Below are positions 49,860-64,000 of a DNA stretch of 64,000 bases, one piece after another. The notes under the pieces were generated by a model. That model saw only the letters and a list, made by a program, of their open reading frames with translations, had not been told where the DNA came from and did not search any database. Positions within the stretch are counted from its first letter, which is position 1, and each line of letters starts with the position of its first letter. Origin of the DNA: an uncultured Planctomycetota bacterium (GTDB lineage Bacteria > Planctomycetota > Planctomycetia > Isosphaerales > Isosphaeraceae); NCBI GenBank assembly GCA_963737655.1, contig CAVTTN010000002.1, forward strand, positions 2,784,001 through 2,848,000, read 5' to 3'. A program made the position numbers and the translations under genes.

Positions 49860-51125
49860 GTGTCCACCGAGATCCACCTGGCGGGCCTGATCCTCCCCTT
49901 GCCCCACGGGCTCGACCTGACCGATTTCGACGATCGCGTGCTCCACACGGCGGGGGACCGCCCCAATACGGACACCCTCCCGGTCCTGTCCGATCCCGCC
50001 GCCGATCACCTCGACCCCGCGCTCGCCGCACGCCGGGCCGACGTCGAGGAAAAGCATCACCGGGTCATCGCCTTCCTCGACCGCTGCGGCTATGACGCCC
50101 TGGTCCTGTCTCGGGCCGATTCGGCGGCCTGGTTCACTTCCGGCGGGGAACTCGGCCGCACCAGCCTCGGCGGAGACCCCGCCAGCGTGGCCCTGTTTAT
50201 CAATCGCCACTGCCGCGCGGTCCTGTGCGACAACGTCGAAAGCGCCCGGGTCTTCGAAGAGGAACTCGCGGGGCTGGGCTTCCAGCTCAAGGAGAGGGCC
50301 TGGCACGAAGACGCCATGCGGACCCTCTCGGACCTGGCCCGCAACAAGAAGCTCGCCACCGACGCCCCCCTGCCCCTCGGGACGGACGAGCTGGCTCGCC
50401 TCCGGCCGCTTCGGTACAGCCTGACCAGGCTCGAACGCCAGAGGATGCGCGAGCTGGGCCGGACGCTCACCCTCGCGGTGGAGGCCACCTGCCGCAACTT
50501 CCGGCCCGGGGAGACCGAGGCGGACCTGGCCGGCCACCTCGCCCATCGCCTCCTGAGGGAAGGCGTCGTGCCGGTCGACCTCCGGGTGGCCGCCGACGAC
50601 CGCCTGGCCCGCTACCGCCGCCCGACGTTCAAGAACGTCGAGATTGAACGGCGAGCGACGATCTCGGCCGTCGGCCGAAGGCACGGCCTGTGCGCCTCGG
50701 TGACGCGGATCGTCTCCTTCGGGCCGGTCCCCAAGGCCGTGAGGGACGCCCACGGACTCGCCGCGATGGTCGACGCGACCTGCATCTATTTCTCCCGGCC
50801 GGGAGAGACCATCGGCGGCGCATTCCGCCGGGCCCGGCGGATTTACGAGAAATTCGACCACGCCGACGAATGGACGCTCGACGATCAGGGCGCCATCATC
50901 GCCTATTCGCCCAACGAGGTCACCCTGCTGCCCGAGAGCCTGCTGACGATCACCCCGAACACGGCATTATGCTGGAGCCCGAGCGTCGGCCCGGCGAGGT
51001 CCGAGGATACGGTGGTGATCGATTCTCGAGGTTATGAGGTCGTGACCGAGGCCCAGGTCTGGCCCAAGATGGAAGTCGTCGTCAAGGGCTTCGCGATCTC
51101 CCGGCCGGGAATCCTGGAGCGCTGA
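49860..51125 (+). CDS. M24 (Xaa-Pro aminopeptidase)-like protein
   Basis: AWFTSGG, EEEL, PGETE, RRHGLCASVTR, WSPS...RSEDT, RPGILER. Confidence 0.75.
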   Translation: MSTEIHLAGLILPLPHGLDLTDFDDRVLHTAGDRPNTDTLPVLSDPAADHLDPALAARRADVEEKHHRVIAFLDRCGYDALVLSRADSAAWFTSGGELGRTSLGGDPASVALFINRHCRAVLCDNVESARVFEEELAGLGFQLKERAWHEDAMRTLSDLARNKKLATDAPLPLGTDELARLRPLRYSLTRLERQRMRELGRTLTLAVEATCRNFRPGETEADLAGHLAHRLLREGVVPVDLRVAADDRLARYRRPTFKNVEIERRATISAVGRRHGLCASVTRIVSFGPVPKAVRDAHGLAAMVDATCIYFSRPGETIGGAFRRARRIYEKFDHADEWTLDDQGAIIAYSPNEVTLLPESLLTITPNTALCWSPSVGPARSEDTVVIDSRGYEVVTEAQVWPKMEVVVKGFAISRPGILER

Positions 51126-51212
51126 TCGCGGCGAAATGCGCTGAACATTCCGACCCCCGACGGCGAATACCAGGGAGGAGGGTCCGCCCTTCGGAAAGGA
51201 AGACCGAATCTC

Positions 51213-52016
51213 ATGCGCATCTCCTGGAAACTTGGACGGGTGGCGGGGATCGACCTGTTCCTGCACCCGACGTTCTTGCTCCTGCTCGCCTGGGGCGCCT
51301 TTCAAGGCGGCCTGGACGCCGTCTTGCTCGTCTCGGCGGTCTTCGGCTGCGTGGTCCTTCACGAGCTCGGCCACGCCCTGACGGCCCGAGGCTTCGGGAT
51401 CGCGACGCGAGACATCACGTTGTATCCGATCGGAGGCGTGGCGCGCCTCGAACGGATGCCGAAGGCCCCGGGGGCCGAGCTGCTGATTACCCTGGCGGGC
51501 CCTGCCGTGAATTTCGCCATCGCGGCCGTCCTGGCCCTGGCGTTGATGGTCGATGGCGCGCTGGATCCGGTCTCGGGCGGTTCGCGCCTGGCGGATTTCG
51601 CCGTGATCCTGATGCAGGTGAACCTCGTCCTGGGCGTATTCAACCTGATCCCAGCATTCCCGATGGATGGGGGACGGATCTTCCGGGCCTTGCTGTCGAT
51701 GCCGTTGGGCCGATACCGGGCCACGGAGATCGCGGCGGGACTCGGTCGCTGCCTGGCGGTGGCCCTGCCGTTGCTGACGATCGCCTTCGGGATGTTCAGC
51801 CCGATGCATCTCCTCCTGGCCGCGTTCGTCTACTTCGCCGCCGGGGCCGAGCTGGCCCAGGCCCGTCGAGACGAGTGGGAAAAGACCCACGGCCGGAGCG
51901 GCGTCTGGACGGCCCCTCCGGGATACCGCTGGGTCAGCCTGGGCAACGGCTTCTGGAGACTCTCGCCGGTCGTCGTGCCGATCCCGGCGGGCCGGGAGCC
52001 CAGGCCGTGGCTCTGA
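51213..52016 (+). CDS. Site-2 protease, peptidase M50
   Basis: LHELGH, PIGGVA, AGPAVN, FNLIPAFPMDGGR. Confidence 0.92.
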   Translation: MRISWKLGRVAGIDLFLHPTFLLLLAWGAFQGGLDAVLLVSAVFGCVVLHELGHALTARGFGIATRDITLYPIGGVARLERMPKAPGAELLITLAGPAVNFAIAAVLALALMVDGALDPVSGGSRLADFAVILMQVNLVLGVFNLIPAFPMDGGRIFRALLSMPLGRYRATEIAAGLGRCLAVALPLLTIAFGMFSPMHLLLAAFVYFAAGAELAQARRDEWEKTHGRSGVWTAPPGYRWVSLGNGFWRLSPVVVPIPAGREPRPWL

Positions 52017-52216
52017 CGCCGATCGTGGAACTCGGAGTCGCCGAGGCGTTCGAGATCCTCTCGCAACGCCTCGGCCTCGTCGATTTGCCGCCGCTCGACG
52101 CCATCGAGAACGAAGACTGGGGCCGCGATTTTTTGCTCTCGAAGCTCCAGGATCTCTCCGAAGAGGAGCTCGAACGGGTCGGATGCACCAAGTCCGGCGG
52201 ACTTCACACCGATTAG
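52007..52216 (+). CDS. Small acidic hypothetical protein
   Basis: GTG start overlapping upstream gene end; LPPLDAIENEDWGRDFLL; coding-like composition. Confidence 0.55.
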   Translation: MALTPIVELGVAEAFEILSQRLGLVDLPPLDAIENEDWGRDFLLSKLQDLSEEELERVGCTKSGGLHTD

Positions 52217-52530
52217 GTCCACGGCCGGACGACGCATCGGGCTTCCAGGCCCGGCGCGGTCAGGGTGAACCGGAGACCCGGCTCGACCGGCACGGCGCGA
52301 TCGAGGCGGATTCGCAGGCACGTGCAGATCCGCTCGGAGAAGGTCCCGAGCGGGGTCCGCGAGAGGACCGTTCCGGTGACCTCGGCCGTCCTTACATGGG
52401 CCGTCCAGGTCGAGCCCGGAACGCAACGATCAAGGAAGGCGTCGGTCTCGGCGTCGCCTCCCATGACGGTGGCCAGCGCCTCGATCCGGGCGACTTCGCG
52501 GCTGTCGGGCTCGCGATTCGGGGCGTCCAT
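52213..52530 (-). CDS. Small protein resembling EF-Tu domain III
   Basis: RTAEVTGTV..LRIRLDRAVPVEPGLRFTL..CVV; GAGGAG RBS. Confidence 0.6.
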   Translation of the reverse strand: MDAPNREPDSREVARIEALATVMGGDAETDAFLDRCVPGSTWTAHVRTAEVTGTVLSRTPLGTFSERICTCLRIRLDRAVPVEPGLRFTLTAPGLEARCVVRPWT

Positions 52531-52541
52531 GACGCGGCTCC

Positions 52542-53708
52542 TCACCCTCGGCTCCTCGGCAGGATCGCCGCCGCGTAGCGGACCGGGTCGCCGGCCGACC
52601 TCGCCACTTCCGCTAGCCGATCCAGCCTCCCGGCCCGGTCGCACAGCTGCGAGATCCCCGGGACGCTCAACGACGGCTCGGGCACGTTCCGCAGGTGCTC
52701 GGCCGAGACTTCAATCGCCTCTTCCAGCCTTGCGAGCCGGACCAGCAGCCGAACCAGGACCTGGGCCGGCATCGTGTCGCCGTCGCCGTCGGGGTCGATC
52801 GGCGGCAGCTTGCCCCGAAAATGGGCGATCGCCGCACCCTCGTCCCGGCCGAGCACGCCTTTCAGATAAATCCCGTGGTCCTCATAGGTCCGGTCGAACG
52901 GCGAATCGCCCTCGTACTGGTGGCGGTCCGAAAGCCTTTGTCCGTATTCGGTCAGCTCGACGGCCCTCGCCAGGACGTCCCGGTCCTCGGCCATCGTCGA
53001 GAGCCGGACGACGGCCCCGAGGTGCGAGACGTCCAGGTGATAGGCGTCGTCGAAGAAGAGCCAATCCCGCCCTTCGAGGAGTTGAGGAACGCTCGCGCCC
53101 TCGGGAGGCATCGGCTGCCCTCGGCGGGCGATCTCGGACCTCAGGCTGTGGACGAGATGTTCGTGGAGCCGATCGATCAGCCTCTCGGCGCACGCCACTC
53201 GGAGCGATTCCTCCGGCGGGAGGCCCTCGAATGCGGTGATCGCCGAGCAAATCCCGTAATGGTCCAGGATGAGCTCGAAACCCCGGCGGGGATGCGCCCC
53301 CTGGTTGAACGCCACGTCCACGATCGGGCCGACGGACTCCTCCGGATCACTCGGGGTGAAGGCCTCGAGCGCCCTGACGATCGGCTCTTTTTCGCCGATC
53401 GCCCGAAAATAGGGCCAGGCGGCGGCCAGGTCGCCGCGATCCAGGAGCTTGGCGCCGACGGTGCGGATCGCCTCGACGTAGCGGTCTTCATACTGCGACC
53501 TCGCCGGCTCGGGCAGATCGGAGAGCGAGGCTGGGGGCACGGCGGGCAAGCCCAGGTCGTGCCGGGCCTTGAGCAAGAGGGCGTCGAGGAGACCTCGCGG
53601 GTCGTCCTCCGCGTCCATCGCCGAGACCAACCGATCAACGACCGCCGTGGGGCCGTCTTCCTTCAGGACCCGATCCAGATCGTCCAACAGGGCGTCGCGA
53701 TCGCTCAT
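52542..53708 (-). CDS. Hypothetical all-helical (TPR-like) protein
   Basis: 389-codon ORF with AWPYFRAIGE, YGICSAIT, YHLDVSHL; coding-like GC skew. Confidence 0.8.
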   Translation of the reverse strand: MSDRDALLDDLDRVLKEDGPTAVVDRLVSAMDAEDDPRGLLDALLLKARHDLGLPAVPPASLSDLPEPARSQYEDRYVEAIRTVGAKLLDRGDLAAAWPYFRAIGEKEPIVRALEAFTPSDPEESVGPIVDVAFNQGAHPRRGFELILDHYGICSAITAFEGLPPEESLRVACAERLIDRLHEHLVHSLRSEIARRGQPMPPEGASVPQLLEGRDWLFFDDAYHLDVSHLGAVVRLSTMAEDRDVLARAVELTEYGQRLSDRHQYEGDSPFDRTYEDHGIYLKGVLGRDEGAAIAHFRGKLPPIDPDGDGDTMPAQVLVRLLVRLARLEEAIEVSAEHLRNVPEPSLSVPGISQLCDRAGRLDRLAEVARSAGDPVRYAAAILPRSRG

Positions 53709-53752
53709 CGTCGAGGCTCTCCGGTCGGTTCCGTGCGATCGGTTCGAATGGA

Positions 53753-54672
53753 TTACTGGGCGTCCGATTTCCTCGGGTCGGGCGCCGAGCTCGACGACCC
53801 GGGCGGATCGGAGTCGGCCTTCGCCCCCTCGGACTTCTGCCAGGTGGACCAGCATCGCTCGTTGTAGCAATCCACCAGGATATCGCGAGCCTCGTCGATC
53901 GAATCGGTGAGGATGAGCAGGTCCATGTCATTCGCGGAGATCATGCCTTCGGCCAGTTGCTTCGCCTTGATCCAGTCGATCAGGCCGCCCCAGTACGCCG
54001 AGCCGAACAGGACGATCGGGAACTTCTTGATCTTCCGGGTCTGCACCAGGGTGAGCGCCTCGAACAGCTCATCCAGGGTGCCGAAGCCGCCCGGGAAGAT
54101 CACGAACCCCTCGGAATACTTCACGAACATCGTCTTCCGAACGAAAAAGTAACGGAAGTTGATCTTGAGGTTCGCGAACGAGTTCCCGGCCTGCTCGAAC
54201 GGGAGCTCGATATTGCAGCCGACGGACAGTCCCTTGGCGTCGGACGCCCCGCGATTGGCGGCCTCCATGATCCCGGGGCCTCCTCCGGTGATCACGGCGA
54301 ACCCGGCCTCCACGAGCTTCTGGCCCAGGGCTCGCGCCTCGGCATAATACGGGCTGGATTCGGGCGCCCTCGCCGAGCCGAAGACCGAGACGGCCGCGCC
54401 GATCTCGGCCAGGGCGTTGAAGCCGTGGACGAACTCCCCCTGGATTCGAAGGACGCGCCAGGGGTCCGTGTGGATGAACGAGGCCAGCTCCGGGGCCCGG
54501 CCCGGGGTGTCGGCGGGACGGGCCGGTTGAGCAGCCCTTCGTCGGCCGTCCTCTTGCCGGGCCGGGGGGCGGGCCTGGGCGAGGCGATCCGCTTCGAGGC
54601 GGACGACGGATGGCCGTTGCCTGGAGGAAGCGTGGGAGAATCGGGGGACGGTGTGGCAGGGTCTTCGGACAT
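53753..54672 (-). CDS. LOG-family (TIGR00730) phosphoribohydrolase; frameshift near 54500
   Basis: WRVLRIQGEF, SVFGSAR, ITGGGPGIMEAANRGA, YFFVRK, PGGFGTLDELFE. Confidence 0.92.
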
Positions 54673-54886
54673 GATGGAACAATCCGCTCGAAACGGCCCG
54701 GATCGGGGGGAGAGACCGACGGTCGCCGACGATCCCGGGCCTCGGACCCCCTCATTGTACGCCAACGCCGATCCCCGAGCCTAGGGCGGTCGGCCGCGCG
54801 CCGGGCCGAGGATTCCCACCCGGGCCGCAATCGCCTAGGATATTCGCCTTGCGACCTCCGCCGCCCCTGTCCGCCCGAGCCCGTCC

Positions 54887-56787
54887 ATGCCGCTTGCCAA
54901 CTTCCCCCTGTCCGGCCTCCGCGTGGCGGCCTTCGAAAGCCGGTTGTCGGGACCGATGGCCGACCTGATCCGCAAGCACGGCGGGGAACCCGTCGAGGCG
55001 CCGGCCCTGCGAGAGGTCCCCCTCGGTCGCAACCCCCTCGCCGCCACCTTCGCCCTCGACCTGATCGCCCATCGATTCGATGTGGTGATCTTCTTGACGG
55101 GAGTGGGAGCCCGCTACTTGCTGGCCGAGGTCGAGCCCGTCGTCGGCCGGGAGCCGTTTCTCCAGGCCCTCGGCGGGCCGAGAATCGTCGTTCGCGGGCC
55201 GAAGCCCCTGGCCGTCCTTCGCGAATGGAAGGTCGGCGTGGATGTGCAGGTTCCCGAACCCAATACCTGGCGGGATCTCCTGACGACGCTCGACGCTCAA
55301 TTCCCGGTGGCCGGGCTCCGCGTCGCCGTTCAGGAATACGGCAAGCCCAACCCGGAGCTGGTCAAGGCCCTCGAAGCCCGGGGGGCAGCCGTGACGGTCG
55401 TCCCCGTCTACCGCTGGGAACTCCCGGAAGACGCCGGCCCGTTGCGAAGCGCCGTGGCCCAGATCGCCCTGGGATCGATCGACGCGGTCTTGTTCACTTC
55501 GGCCCAGCAGGTCGAGCATCTCCTCGCCGTCGCCGACGAGGATGGACACGGCGAGGCGGTCCGCCAGGCTCTCCGGGAACGGGTGGTCGTCGGCTCGATC
55601 GGCCCGACGACGACCGAGGCCCTCGCCCTTCACGGCATCCGGCCCGGGGTCCAGCCCGAACATCCCAAGATGGGGCATCTCGTCGCCGCCCTGGCAGAAC
55701 GATTTCGGGGTGGCGCCTCGACGACCATCGAACCCATCGATTCGGCCGGGTCCCCGGCACGCGACCCCCTCCAGGACAGCCCATTCCTCCGCGCCTGCCG
55801 TCGCGAGCCGAGCGGAGTGACGCCCATCTGGCTGATGAGGCAAGCGGGTCGCTATCAGCCGGAATACCGGGCGATCCGCGCCCGGGTCGGTTTCCTGGAA
55901 CTCTGCAAGACGCCGGAGCTTGCCGCCGAGGTCACGATCATGGCGGCCCATTCCCTGGGAGTCGATGCCGCGATCCTCTTCGCCGATATCCTCTTGATCC
56001 TCGAACCCCTCGGCTTCCATCTGGAATTCAGCAAGGGGGACGGCCCGGTCATCCATGACCCCATCCGGGCGGCGGCGGACGTCGATCGAGTCCGCCTCTT
56101 GGACGACCTTGCTCCCCTGGATTACGTGTTTGACGCCGTTCGCCTGATTCGCCGGGGTCTCCGGGCTGACGTCCCCCTGATCGGTTTCGCCGGGGCTCCA
56201 TTCACCCTGGCCTGTTACGCCATCGAGGGGGGAGGCTCGCGTCACTACGATCGCGCCAAGACATTCATGTATACCGATCTCGGTGCCTGGGATGCCCTGA
56301 TGGCCCGTTTGGTGGACGCCACGGCCGCCTACCTCAATGCCCAGGCCGACGCGGGCGCGCAGGTCCTGCAATTGTTCGATAGCTGGGTCGGCAACCTCTC
56401 GCCCGACGATTACCGCCGGTTCGTCCAGCCCCACATGAAACGCCTCTTCGCCTCGCTGCGTCCCGGGGTCCCGACGATCCACTTCGGGACCGACACCGGC
56501 TCGCTCCTGGAACTGCAGAAGGAGGCGGGCGGGGACGTGATCGGACTGGATTGGCGGGTCGAACTGGACCGGGCCTGGGACCGTCTCGGGCCCGAGGTGG
56601 CCGTTCAGGGCAACCTGGACCCCGTAGCCCTGTTCGCGCCCCGGACGGGCTCCGGCAGCAGGCCGCAGCAATCCTGGGGCGGGCCGGGGGCCGGCCCGGA
56701 CACATTTTCAACCTGGGACACGGGATTCTGCCGACCACTCCGGTGGATTCGGTCCGTAGATTGGTCGATTTCGTGCACGGATGCTAG
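54887..56787 (+). CDS. hemE: Fused uroporphyrinogen-III synthase (HemD)-uroporphyrinogen decarboxylase (HemE); frameshift near 56645
   Basis: N-half FESR..FLTGVG..RGPKP..VYRW..FTS..SIGPTT; C-half [41 protein letters not shown]. Confidence 0.92.
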
Positions 56788-57189
56788 GTTTTATGGCAGA
56801 AAAGTGACGTGAAGTCGATAGTCACGGAATGGGCCCGAAAAAAGGTGCGAAAAATCTCGGAATCCTGGGGTTGTGGTGTTGCAAAGCGGGTTGCGCGGTC
56901 ATTATTCTCTTGAGAGTTCACTTTCGAGGAAGACTTCACTCCGGCCGAACCGATCTCTCACGGCCCCTTCCTCGACGCTCACCGCCCGGACCCCAGATAA
57001 CGCGACTCTCCCCCGAAGTTATCACGATTCCTTCGTTCCATCCTCTCCGGGCGGCCCCGTTACTCCGTTGGCTCGTGGTCAGAGTTCCCGAATTCGCCGG
57101 GTTCTCTCCTCTCTCCGCTGGCCACCCCCGCATCTTCATTTCGTCTCGGTTCGGTTTGGTCCCTCCTGCCTTATTCGGAGAGTCTGCTC

Positions 57190-58242
57190 ATGTCCCACCC
57201 TCGAAAGACGCGTCGCGGCTTTACGCTGATCGAGCTGCTGGTGGTCATCGCGATCATCGGCGTGCTGATCGCCCTGCTGCTGCCGGCCGTCCAGGCCGCC
57301 CGCGAGGCCGCCCGCCGGGCCCAGTGCATCAACAACCTGAAGCAGATCGGCCTCGGGATGCACAACTACGAGAGCTCGAACGGCTGCTTCCCGATGGGCG
57401 GTATCGGCTACACCTACTTCAACACGCCGGCCCCCTGCTCCTACACCAATCAGACCGGCTTGTTCTCGTTCATCCTGCCCTACATGGAGCTGGGGAACGT
57501 GTTCAACTCGATCAACTTCCTGGTTCCCACCTATAACGGCGGAACGACCACCGGCGGGGTCAGCGGCAACTGGGGCTCGGTGCAGGCCACCGGCTACACC
57601 ACCCGCGTCGCCTCCTTCGTCTGCCCGAGCGACCAGGACCGGACCGACCACCGGACCGTCCAGAGCGTCCTGACCACCCCGCAGAACCCGTACTCGACCA
57701 CCTCCTACGCGGGCGTGGCCGGCACGATCGAGTGCAACTACTACGGGTATTACGGGTCGGTCCAGCCGTACTGCGAGGCCATCGAGCCCAACGGCATCTT
57801 CGGCCGCAACTACATCACCCGGATCGCCGACATCCGCGACGGCACGAGCAACACCCTGATGGTCGGCGAGACCTCGCGGTTCCTCAACGAGCCGGTCCAG
57901 CCCTTCAACTTCTGGAACCGTTGCGCCACGTTCATCGGCGACATCGGCAGCGACGTCAAGCCGATGTGCTTCGCCTACACCGTCCCGAAGATCAACGCCT
58001 CGGCCACCGGGTTCGACCCCTCCGGCGTGGACATGACCAACCCGTTCACCTGGTTCGCCGACCCCCGGTCGCAGCTCGACGGCGAGTTCGGCTTCCGCAG
58101 CTTCCACCCGGGCGGGGCCAACTTCCTCGTCGGCGACGGCACGGTCAAGTTCGTCAAGTCGGGCATCAACATCCTGGTGTATCAGGGCCTCGGCACCAAG
58201 GCCGGCGGCGAGATCACCCCGGGCGACGCCATCAATAACTAA
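57190..58242 (+). CDS. DUF1559 planctomycete prepilin-like protein
   Basis: [56 protein letters not shown]9-DG ([12 protein letters not shown]). Confidence 0.95.
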   Translation: MSHPRKTRRGFTLIELLVVIAIIGVLIALLLPAVQAAREAARRAQCINNLKQIGLGMHNYESSNGCFPMGGIGYTYFNTPAPCSYTNQTGLFSFILPYMELGNVFNSINFLVPTYNGGTTTGGVSGNWGSVQATGYTTRVASFVCPSDQDRTDHRTVQSVLTTPQNPYSTTSYAGVAGTIECNYYGYYGSVQPYCEAIEPNGIFGRNYITRIADIRDGTSNTLMVGETSRFLNEPVQPFNFWNRCATFIGDIGSDVKPMCFAYTVPKINASATGFDPSGVDMTNPFTWFADPRSQLDGEFGFRSFHPGGANFLVGDGTVKFVKSGINILVYQGLGTKAGGEITPGDAINN

Positions 58243-58285
58243 GGTTGACTCTCGGCGTCGTGGCCGAGACGTACTCCTGGTTTGT

Positions 58286-58319
58286 CGCGGGGGATGAGGA
58301 GCGATCCTCGTCCCCCGCG
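58286..58319 (+). terminator. Strong stem-loop between DUF1559 and lipoprotein gene (no U-tract; stabiliser or attenuator)
   Basis: cgcgggggatgagga-gcga-tcctcgtcccccgcg. Confidence 0.5.
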
Positions 58320-58409
58320 TCGCATGCCAAAGCCCCCGGTCGAGCCTGGGCCCCTGCCAAACGGGCCGCCGGGCGAAACCCCTGAACAACGACGATTGGA
58401 GATTCCGCG

Positions 58410-58610
58410 ATGAAGGTCCGTCTGCTCGCCTCGTGCTTCGCCCTGCCAGTCGTCCTCGCCCTCTCGGGGTGCTCCGACGCCGATGCCCCCAAAGCCCCGG
58501 TCAATGTCGCTCCGGGCAAGGCCGACGTCATCGACCCGTTGAAGGACACGACCAAGAAGGAAAAGGGCGGGAAGGCCGTTTCGAAGCCCGGCGCCTCCGG
58601 GGTCGATTGA
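58410..58610 (+). CDS. Small lipoprotein accompanying DUF1559
   Basis: Lipobox LSGC after hydrophobic signal. Confidence 0.8.
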   Translation: MKVRLLASCFALPVVLALSGCSDADAPKAPVNVAPGKADVIDPLKDTTKKEKGGKAVSKPGASGVD

Positions 58611-58817
58611 TCGCCGTCGCCACCCTCGCTCGCTCGATCGCGGGCAACCTCGCCGAGGCGATTCGGCGGGTTGCCCGTCTCAGTTCTTGAGCGGCCCAGG
58701 CCCCTGTCCGGTCCCCCTCGCGATCCCGCTCCCTCCGGACTAGAATGGTCCTCGGCGGTCGTCGTCCCAGCTGAACGCACCGCGAAGTCCCCCGGACGAC
58801 CCCAGGAAGGTGGATCG

Positions 58818-61354
<2,537 letters not shown>

Positions 61355-61358
<4 letters not shown>

Positions 61359-61606
61359 GGCCCCTCTCCGTTGAAGAGGGCCAGGAGGTCGTCCGGAAGG
61401 GGATCGAAGAAGCTCGCCGGAACCTCAAAAGTTCCCTTGGCCAGTCCCAGAGGTCGGGGTGTCAGGTCCGTGGAGGTCGCTTCGGACGGACGGATTTCGG
61501 CCAACGGCCGATGCTCTCGGACCAGGAGGATCGATTCTCCGGCGGCCACCCGTTCGAGGAATCGCGCCGGATCGGCTTGCGCCTCTTGCCAGTCGATTCG
61601 CACCAT
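61355..61606 (-). CDS. Phd/YefM-family antitoxin
   Basis: EAQA...FLERVAAGE.I....RPLAEI.P..RPLGLAKG....FFDPLPDD. Confidence 0.85.
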
Positions 61607-61795
61607 CGCCGAGCCCCTCCGAAAAGGAAGATTCATTCTCGATTCTAGCGGATGGGGCCGAACCCGGCTATCGGCCCTGGGACGATGCGCCGATGATTGA
61701 CGCGCCCTGGCCCTCCGCCTAAGATCGGGCCCACCCGAACGGCTCGCCTCCTCTCCCTGCTGATCGCCTTGCGTGGACCTCGCGGAGTCTCCCGA

Positions 61796-63763
<1,968 letters not shown>

Positions 63764-63796
63764 TCCTCGCGGGATCTCGCGGGCCGCCCGCTCCGA

Positions 63797-64000
63797 TCAC
63801 GAGGCCGAGTCGTCCCGGACGATGCCCGCGTCCCGGGGTCGTCGGGGCGGGCTCGCCGGCCGGGCGATCAGATACCCCTGGAGGAAATCCGCGCCGTGGC
63901 GGCGGAGCCACTCGTATTCCGATTCCGTCTCGACCCCCTCGGCGATCGTCTGAACGCCCATTTCGCGGGCCATCTCCAGGAGCTTGGCGACGAGGATGCC
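63797..64000 (-). CDS. EAL-domain protein, C-terminal fragment (truncated by window edge)
   Basis: Minus frame reads ..MAREMGVQTIAEGVETESEYEWLRRHGADFLQGYLIARP..*. Confidence 0.88.
   Translation of the reverse strand, partial: GILVAKLLEMAREMGVQTIAEGVETESEYEWLRRHGADFLQGYLIARPASPPRRPRDAGIVRDDSAS

Overview
High-GC bacterial chromosomal segment, most likely a planctomycete (Isosphaeraceae-like). This is inferred from a DUF1559 prepilin-type gene, a PEP-CTERM protein, a Tat-exported aldo-keto reductase and a secreted Hint-domain protein. Most of the window is housekeeping: dnaJ-grpE-yacG, icd, an LPS/envelope cluster (lpxK, waaF, waaP-like, glycosyltransferases, plsY), cbiET, an ABC exporter, a PP2C/Ser-Thr kinase pair, rpmB/rpmF, proC, guaA, dxr-rseP, hemD-hemE fusion, hemY, bluB and acs. 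At least 15 genes, including normally essential ones, carry small frameshifts, mostly at G/C runs; these are best read as long-read consensus errors. Scattered between core genes are about six toxin-antitoxin modules in various states of decay and four families of palindromic intergenic elements. I saw no tRNA, rRNA, CRISPR array, integrase or transposase. No clear large novel system is evident. The best candidates for follow-up are: (1) a stand-alone EF-Tu domain III-like gene at the end of a LOG operon; (2) a Cys-rich HicA-like toxin with an HTH-less HicB-like partner; (3) a probable PlsY-beta-propeller fusion; (4) a secreted protein with a possibly splice-competent C-terminal Hint domain ending HDN/T; (5) a 201-bp hairpin whose arms supply identical stop codons to two convergent genes; (6) REP doublets nested in outer inverted repeats.
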